DNA from: an uncultured Candidatus Rokubacteria bacterium
GTDB taxonomy: Bacteria > Methylomirabilota > Methylomirabilia > Rokubacteriales > CSP1-6
Length of the DNA stretch: 64,000 bases
Assembly (NCBI GenBank): GCA_963758635.1
Contig: CAVWWD010000008.1
Span: forward strand, 832,001-896,000
Direction: 5' to 3'
The notes under the pieces were generated by a model. That model made no database searches. It saw only the letters and a program-made list of their open reading frames with translations, and was not told where the DNA came from. This document shows, in pieces, positions 57,690-64,000 of the stretch (positions are counted from its first letter, which is position 1; each line of letters opens with the position of its first letter). The position numbers were made by a program, and so were the translations under genes.

Positions 57690-60600
57690 TCAGGCGGCCG
57701 GACGCGGAGCCATGTCGGCGACCGCGGGGCGCCGATGGGCGGCGCGCTCGCGGAACCGCTCCAGGTACAGGTAGATGACCGGCGTGATGTAGAGCGTCAG
57801 GATCTGGGAGAGGATCAGGCCGCCGACCACGGCCAGCCCCAGCGAGCGGCGCGCGTCGGAGCCGGCCCCGAAGCCCACGGCGATGGGCAGCGTGCCCATC
57901 AGCGCGGCCATCGTCGTCATCATGATGGGCCGGAAGCGCAAGACGCAGCCCTGGTAGATCGCCTCGCCGGCGGGCTTGCCCGCGCGCTGCGCGTCGATGG
58001 CGAAGTCGATCATCATGATGGCGTTCTTCTTCACGATGCCCACCAGCATGATGATGCCCACGAAGCCGTAGAGGTTCAGCTCGTAGCCGAAGATCAGCAG
58101 GGTGAGGAGCGCGCCCACGCCCGCCGACGGCAGCCCGGACAGGATCGTCAGCGGGTGGATGAAGCTCTCGTAAAGGATGCCGAGGATCAGGTAGATCACC
58201 AGCACGGCGGCCACGAGCAGGAGCCCCATCCCCTGGAGCGAGCGCTCAAAGGCCTGCACCGTGCCCTGGAAGCTGGTGGTCAGCGTGGCGGGAAGCCGGA
58301 GGTCGCGCTCCACGCCGCGGATCCGCTCGACGGCATCGCCCAGGGCCACGCCCGGCCGGAGGTTGAACGAGACCGTCACCGCGGGGAGCTGGCCGAGGTG
58401 GTTGACGGTGAGCGGGCCCACCGTGCGCGTGAGCTTCGCCACCGCGCCCAGCGGCACGAGCTTGCCGGTGGAGGACCGGATGTAGAGCATCGACAGCGCG
58501 CTCGGGTCGCGCTGGTACTGCGGCAGGACCTCCATCATCACCCAGTACTGGTTGGTCGGCGTGTAGATCGTGGACACCTGGGGCGAGCCGTAGGCGCTGT
58601 TCAGCGCCGCCTCGATCTGCATCGCGGTCACGCCGAGGGCCGAGGCCTTCTCCCGGTCGATCTCCACCAGGACCTGCGGGCTTTTGATCTGCAGGTCGGA
58701 GTTCACGTCGAGGAAGCCGGGCAGCGCGCGCATGCGCTGGTGGAGGACGGGCGCCCAGTGGTAGAGCGTCTGGAGGTCGGCGTCCTGGAGCGTGTACTGG
58801 TACTGGCCCTTGGTGAGGTTGCCGCCGATGCGGATGGTGGGCAGCACCTGCGGGTACACGTTCATGCCCGGGATGCCCGTGAGCTTCTTCCGGAGATCCT
58901 GCACGATCTCGTCGGCGGTGGGCCGGTCGCGCGCGGGCACCAGGCGCATGAAGATGCGCCCGGTGTTCATGACCACGCTGGAGCCGCTCGCCCCGATGCC
59001 CGAGAAGAACGACTCGACGTAGGGCTGGGCCTGCACGATCCGCGCCGCCTGCACCTGGTGCTCGAGCATGGCGTCGAACGAGATGTCCTGCGCGGCCTCG
59101 GTGAAGGCGAACACCTGGCCGGTGTCCTCGTTGGGGATGAAGCCCTTGGGGATGACCACGAACAGGTAGCCGGTCAGCCCCACGGTCGCGAGGAACACCA
59201 CGAAGGTGATGCGAGGGTGGCGCAGGACGAGGGTCAGGCTCTTCTCGTAGGCGGCGAGCATGCCCGCGAAGACGCGCTCCGAGGCCGCGTACACCCGCCC
59301 GTGGGACGCGCGGGGCGGGCGGAGGAAGCGGCTGCACGCCATCGGCGTCAGCGTGAGCGACACGATGCCCGACACGATCACCGCGGCGCCGATGACCACC
59401 GCGAACTCGTGGAGGAGCCGCCCCACGATGCCGCCCATGAACAGCACGGGCAGGAACACCGCGGCGAGGGACGCGGTCATGGACACGATGGTGAAGCCGA
59501 TCTCGCGCGCGCCGACGAGGGCCGCCTCCATCCGGCTCTTGCCCTCCTCCATGTGCCGGACGATGTTCTCGAGCATCACGATGGCGTCGTCCACGATGAA
59601 GCCCACGGCCAGGGTCAGCGCCATCAGCGAGAGGTTGTCGATGGTGTAGCCGAGCACGTACATGACCATGAACGTGCCCACGATCGACATGGGCAGCGCG
59701 AGGCTCGGGATGAGCGTGGCCGACACGTTGCGGAGGAACAGGAAGATGACCAGCACGACGAGGGCCACGGCGAGCAGCAGCGTGAACTGCACGTCGTGCA
59801 CCGAGGCGCGGATGGACACCGAGCGGTCGTAGAGCGTGTTCAGGTTGACCGAGGCCGGGAGCTGGGCGCGGACCGCGGGAAGGATGCGGTTGATCGCGTC
59901 CACCACCTCGATGGTGTTGGTGCCGGGCTGCTTCTGGATGGCGAGCACCACCGCGCGCTCGTCCTTGTACCAGGAGGCGACCTTGTCGGTCTGCACGCCG
60001 TCGATGACCCGGCCGAGCTGCTCGAGCCGCACGGGCGAGCCGTTGCGGTAGGCCACGATGAGCGGCCGGTACGCGGCGGCGGTGGTGAGCTGGCCGGTGG
60101 CCTGCACGCTGAAGGCCTGGTTCGGCCCCCACAGCGTGCCGGTGGGCATGTTCACGTTGCTGTCGGCCAGCGCCTTCTGCACCTCGTCGATGCCGATGCC
60201 GAGGGTGGCCATCGCGCTCGGGTCGAGCTGGACCCGCACCGCGTACTTCTGCGAGCCGAAGATGCCGACCTGCGCCACGCCGGTGATGGTGGAGATGCGC
60301 TGGGCCAGGTTGGTCTGCGCGTACTCGTCCACCACGTAGAGGGGCAGGGTGGGCGAGCTGAGGGCCAGGTACAGGATCGGCTGGTCGGCCGGGTTGACCT
60401 TCTTGTACGAGGGCGGGGTCGGCATGCCGGGAGGCATCTGGGGCTGGGCGGCGGCGATCGCCGCCTGGACGTCCTGGGCCGCCGCGTCGATGTTCCGCTC
60501 GAGCGTGAACTGGATCGTGATCTGCGAGACGCCCAGCGCGCTCGTCGACGTCATCGAGTCGATGCCGGCGATGGTCGAGAACTGCTTCTCGAGCGGCGTG

Positions 60601-60788
60601 GCCACCGCCGAGGCCATGGTGTCCGGGCTCGCGCCGGGCAGGCTCGCCGTGACCTGGATGGTCGGGAAGTCCACGTTGGGCAGGTCGCTGACCGGGAGCA
60701 GCCGGTAGGCCATGATGCCGAACACGAGGATGCCCGCCATGAGGAGCGTCGTCATGACGGGGCGCCGGATGAAGAGGTCGGTGCTCAC
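57690..60788 (-). CDS. RND efflux permease (MdtB/MdtC-like)
   Basis: FIRRPVMTTL, LPVSDLPNVDFPTI, VDDAIVMLEN, GIVKKNAIMMIDFA, RFRPIMMTT. Confidence 0.95.
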   Translation of the reverse strand: MSTDLFIRRPVMTTLLMAGILVFGIMAYRLLPVSDLPNVDFPTIQVTASLPGASPDTMASAVATPLEKQFSTIAGIDSMTSTSALGVSQITIQFTLERNIDAAAQDVQAAIAAAQPQMPPGMPTPPSYKKVNPADQPILYLALSSPTLPLYVVDEYAQTNLAQRISTITGVAQVGIFGSQKYAVRVQLDPSAMATLGIGIDEVQKALADSNVNMPTGTLWGPNQAFSVQATGQLTTAAAYRPLIVAYRNGSPVRLEQLGRVIDGVQTDKVASWYKDERAVVLAIQKQPGTNTIEVVDAINRILPAVRAQLPASVNLNTLYDRSVSIRASVHDVQFTLLLAVALVVLVIFLFLRNVSATLIPSLALPMSIVGTFMVMYVLGYTIDNLSLMALTLAVGFIVDDAIVMLENIVRHMEEGKSRMEAALVGAREIGFTIVSMTASLAAVFLPVLFMGGIVGRLLHEFAVVIGAAVIVSGIVSLTLTPMACSRFLRPPRASHGRVYAASERVFAGMLAAYEKSLTLVLRHPRITFVVFLATVGLTGYLFVVIPKGFIPNEDTGQVFAFTEAAQDISFDAMLEHQVQAARIVQAQPYVESFFSGIGASGSSVVMNTGRIFMRLVPARDRPTADEIVQDLRKKLTGIPGMNVYPQVLPTIRIGGNLTKGQYQYTLQDADLQTLYHWAPVLHQRMRALPGFLDVNSDLQIKSPQVLVEIDREKASALGVTAMQIEAALNSAYGSPQVSTIYTPTNQYWVMMEVLPQYQRDPSALSMLYIRSSTGKLVPLGAVAKLTRTVGPLTVNHLGQLPAVTVSFNLRPGVALGDAVERIRGVERDLRLPATLTTSFQGTVQAFERSLQGMGLLLVAAVLVIYLILGILYESFIHPLTILSGLPSAGVGALLTLLIFGYELNLYGFVGIIMLVGIVKKNAIMMIDFAIDAQRAGKPAGEAIYQGCVLRFRPIMMTTMAALMGTLPIAVGFGAGSDARRSLGLAVVGGLILSQILTLYITPVIYLYLERFRERAAHRRPAVADMAPRPAA

Positions 60789-62098
60789 GGGCCCTTCTTC
60801 GCGGGCGCGGTCGGGGAGGAGGGCGCGGCCGCGGGGCGGGGGACGCCGGGGCCGGCGGCGCGGTCTTCACGTCCACGCGCGCCCCGGGCACGAGGCGGAG
60901 CTGGCCGTCCGTCACCACGCGCTCGCCGGCGGCGAGGCCGCTCGCCACCACCACGTCACGGCCGTCCGTGATGCCCGTCGTCACCGGGCGCGGCTCCACC
61001 GTCTGGTCGCTCTTCACCACGAAGACGTAGGCGCCCTGCTGCCCGCTCTGGACGGCCTGGGAGGGCACGACCAGGGCGCGCGGCTGGCGTGCGAGCGTGA
61101 GGGCGACGTTCACGAACTGGCCCGGCCAGAGGAGGTTCTCCGTGTTCTCGAAGGTCGCCTTGAGCTGGATGCTGCCGGTGGTGGGGTCCACGGTGTTGTT
61201 GATGAACGTGAGCCGGCCTCGCACGGTGCCGCCGGGCTGCCCGGTCACCGTGGCCTCCACCGGCAGCTCGCCCCCCACCTGATGGCGCTTGATCTGCTCG
61301 AGCTGCGCCTCGGGCACCGCGAAGGACACGTAGATCGGGTGGATCCGGTTGATCACGACCATGGGGTTGCCGACGTCGTTGGCCTTGACCACGTTGCCCT
61401 TGTGCAGGAGCAGGCTGCCCGTCCGTCCCGAGATCGGCGCGCGGATCTCCGTGTAGGAGAGCTGCACCCGCGCGTTCTCCACCGCGGCCTCGCCCGCGCG
61501 GACCAGCGCGCGCGCCGTCTCCACCGCGGCGCGGTCGGCCTCGAGGGTGGCCCCGAGGGCGAGCTCGGTGGTGCGGATCTGGTCGTACTGCTCCCGCGCG
61601 ATGAAGCCGCCCTCTACCAGCTTCCGGTACCGCTCCTCCTCGACCTTGGCGTTGCTGTGCTGGGCGGTGTCGCGCGCGAGGTTGGCCTCGGCCTGCTTCA
61701 CCGCCGCCTGGTACTGGGCCAGCGTGGCCTGCGCCTGGAGCAGCGCGGCCTGGACCGGGCGCGGGTCGATCGTGAAGAGCCGCGCGCCCGCCGAGACCTC
61801 CTCGCCCTCGGCGAACCCCACGTCCATCACCTCGCCGTTCAGCATGGAGAGGACGGACACGGTGGCGAGCGGCTGCACGTTGCCGATGGCGCGGACCTGC
61901 ACCGGCACGTCGCGCTGGGCGACCGTGGTCACCGTGACCGGCACCGCGGGCGCGGGCGCCGTGGCGGTCGCCGAGCCCGCACCGCGGTCGCACCCGGCCA
62001 GCGGCGGCGGTAAGCAGCGCGAGCGCGACGAGCCCGCACGGCAGCACCGCGCCGAGACGCGGCCGGGGAGCCGCCGTGTTCCCGCCGGGCGCCGTCAC
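60785..62098 (-). CDS. RND efflux periplasmic adaptor (MdtA-like lipoprotein); about 2 frameshifts
   Basis: LAGC-like lipobox, LFTIDPRP, LSYTEIRAPISGRTG, NTVDPTTG, LWPGQFV, VVTDGQ. Confidence 0.88.
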
Positions 62099-62724
62099 GC
62101 GCGCCTCCCGGAGAGCGCGGCGGAGAGCTCACGGAGGAACGCCGTCCAGTCCCGGTGGAACACGGCGTCCGACGAGGTCCGGCCCATCACGAGACGGGTC
62201 ACCTGGGGGAACACCAGGGGATAGGTGACGAGCCCGAGGATGGCGAGCAGGAGGAGGCGGGCGTCCAGGCCCGAGGGCAGCAGGCCGGCCTCCTGACGCG
62301 CGCGCAGGTCGGCGACGGAGCGGGCGAGCTGGGCCCGGCGCTCCGGCTCGCGTAGCACGGGCCCGTCTCCGTCCCCGAGGGCCTCCCACTGGATGAGGCG
62401 GATGAACTCGCGGTCGTCGCACGCCATGCGGAACCACGCCGCGAGGCTCTCGCCAAGCCCGGCCGGCGCCTCGGCGACCCAGCCCGACCGCTCCCGGAGC
62501 TTCCTGTCGAGGATCTCGCGGAAGAGGTCCTCCTTGTTGCCGAAGTAGTGGTAGAGCATCCGCTTGTTGGTCCTGGCGCGGCGGGCGATGCGCGCCACCC
62601 GCGCGCCGGCGAAGCCCTCGGCGGAGAACTCCGCGATGGCGGCGGCGAGGATGCGGTCGCGGGTTCGCTGCGGGTCGCGAGCGGGCCGGGCGGGGGAGCG
62701 CCGGGCGAGAGCGAGGGTCGGCAT
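62095..62724 (-). CDS. TetR/AcrR family transcriptional regulator
   Basis: TRDRILAAA..EFSAEGF..ARV..IA..A.TNKRMLYHYFGNKEDL. Confidence 0.93.
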   Translation of the reverse strand: MPTLALARRSPARPARDPQRTRDRILAAAIAEFSAEGFAGARVARIARRARTNKRMLYHYFGNKEDLFREILDRKLRERSGWVAEAPAGLGESLAAWFRMACDDREFIRLIQWEALGDGDGPVLREPERRAQLARSVADLRARQEAGLLPSGLDARLLLLAILGLVTYPLVFPQVTRLVMGRTSSDAVFHRDWTAFLRELSAALSGRRA

Positions 62725-62738
62725 GACGCGATGGGGCC

Positions 62739-62767
62739 AGAGTAACCATCCGGATACTTCCGGTCAA
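62739..62767 (-). promoter_or_regulatory. Promoter of the tetR-RND operon with overlapping palindromic operator
   Basis: TTGACC-N17-TACTCT; the spacer holds the imperfect palindrome AAGTATCCGGATGGTT (core ATCCGGAT). Confidence 0.6.
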
Positions 62768-62845
62768 GCGATCGCCGGCGGGGCCCGGACGGTAGGGCGG
62801 CGGCGCGGGCCGGACGGATGCGCCGGCGGCGTGGTCGCGGCGGGG

Positions 62846-64000
62846 TCAGCCGCCGGCCTGATACGAGATGCGGTAGATCCGGCCGGCCTTGTCGTCGGAG
62901 ACGAGGAGCGCGCCGTCGGGCATCACCAGCACGTCGGCGGGACGGCCCGACGCCACGCTGCCGCGAAGCCAGCCGGAGGCGAACGGCTCGTACGACGTCG
63001 CTCGGCCGCCCTCGACCTTCACGAACGTGACGCGGTAGCCGATGGGGGTGGACCGGTTCCACGACCCGTGCTCGGCGATGAAGATGCCGCCGCGGTACGG
63101 CTCGGGGAACATCCGCCCCGTGTAGAAGCGCATGCCGAGGGCGGCGACGTGCGGGCCGAGCGCGCGGGCGGGCGGCGTGAACTCCGCGCAGGCGCGCCGC
63201 GCGCCGAACTCGGGGTCGCGGAGCCCTTCGCCGTGGCAGTAGGGGAAGCCGAAGTGCTGGCCGGGCTGCGAGAGGTGGTTCAGCTCGTCGGGTGGCTGGT
63301 CGTCGCCCAGCCAGTCGCGTCCGTTGTCGGTGAACCAGAGGGCGCCGGTCTCGGGATGGAAGTCGAAGCCCACGCTGTTGCGGACGCCGCGCGCGACGAT
63401 CTCCGGGCGGCCGCCGCCCGCGAGGTCCACCCGCGTGATCGTCGTGTGCAGCGGGCCCGGCGGCTCGCACACGTTGCACGGCGCGCCCACCGGCACGTAG
63501 AGGCGGCCGTCGGGGCCGAACGCGATGAACTTCCAGCCGTGGTGCGTGTCGGACGGAAACGCGCTCGTGGCCACCTCGGGCCGGGGAGGGCGGCGGAGGT
63601 CCCGGGCCACGTCGGGGAAGCGCAGGATCCGGCTCACCTCGGCCACGTAGAGCGCGCCGTCGCGGAAGGCCACGCCGCTCGGCATGGTGAGGCCGCTCGC
63701 GATCAGGTGGACCTCGTCGGCGCGATGGTCGCCGTCGCGGTCGACCACGGCGTGCACCTTGCCCTCGCCCCGCGAGCCCACGAACAGCACGCCGGGCGGC
63801 CCGAGCGCCATCTGCCGCGCGTTCGGGACGGCGTCCGCGTAGACCGCGATGCGAAACCCGGGCGGGAGCGTGATGTCCGCCACCTCCGCCGCGGCGCTCG
63901 GGAGGAACCCGGCCAGGTAGCCACGGACGTAGCAGCCCATCACGACGACGCCGGCGAGGACGACCCCGATCAGCCCTCCGATGACGTGGACGCGTCGCAC
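62846..64000 (-). CDS. PQQ-dependent sugar/sorbosone dehydrogenase family protein (start at the window edge)
   Basis: LPPGFRI, HHGWKFIAFGPDG, GAPCNVC, GVRNSVGFD, DNGRD, AEHGSWNR, GRPAD. Confidence 0.9.
   Translation of the reverse strand: MRRVHVIGGLIGVVLAGVVVMGCYVRGYLAGFLPSAAAEVADITLPPGFRIAVYADAVPNARQMALGPPGVLFVGSRGEGKVHAVVDRDGDHRADEVHLIASGLTMPSGVAFRDGALYVAEVSRILRFPDVARDLRRPPRPEVATSAFPSDTHHGWKFIAFGPDGRLYVPVGAPCNVCEPPGPLHTTITRVDLAGGGRPEIVARGVRNSVGFDFHPETGALWFTDNGRDWLGDDQPPDELNHLSQPGQHFGFPYCHGEGLRDPEFGARRACAEFTPPARALGPHVAALGMRFYTGRMFPEPYRGGIFIAEHGSWNRSTPIGYRVTFVKVEGGRATSYEPFASGWLRGSVASGRPADVLVMPDGALLVSDDKAGRIYRISYQAGG

Noticed and set aside
1..64000. tRNA (including selC), rRNA, integrase or transposase genes
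   Set aside because: None recognised; no att site or terminal repeats were seen around the TIR-NLR gene either.

Overview
Very GC-rich bacterial window with about 60 genes, mostly accessory metabolism and transport. Gene content, the gene families present and the GGGTCTGACCCC repeats suggest a soil Ca. Rokubacteria (Methylomirabilota)-like genome; this is inference only. Many genes are split by single-base indels that look like long-read consensus errors, so several provided ORFs are chimaeras or antisense shadows. The main points are: (1) Two hidden selenoprotein genes within about 5 kb. Each has an in-frame TGA in a UxxC motif followed by a SECIS-like hairpin. One is a UGSC-type protein fused to a large partner domain; the other is a GrdB/PrdB-like protein (UPVC) translationally coupled to a class III CoA-transferase. 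(2) A compositionally foreign TIR-NB-ARC-TPR (bacterial NLR-like) gene with about nine near-identical 45-aa repeats, a candidate anti-phage system, directly behind a plant-like thrC-cystathionine gamma-synthase pair. (3) A small exported leader ORF ending in a RAPP ribosome-arrest-like motif upstream of a DUF1344-like gene. (4) An ECF sigma factor coupled to a putative anti-sigma/tandem-VOC fusion. (5) REP/REPIN-like elements, a 3x22-bp tandem repeat, SARP/BTAD and BACON remnants, and sigma54-like promoters before ku and a DUF1344-like gene. No rRNA, tRNA, CRISPR array or transposase was recognised. All family calls come from motif recognition by eye, not database searches.
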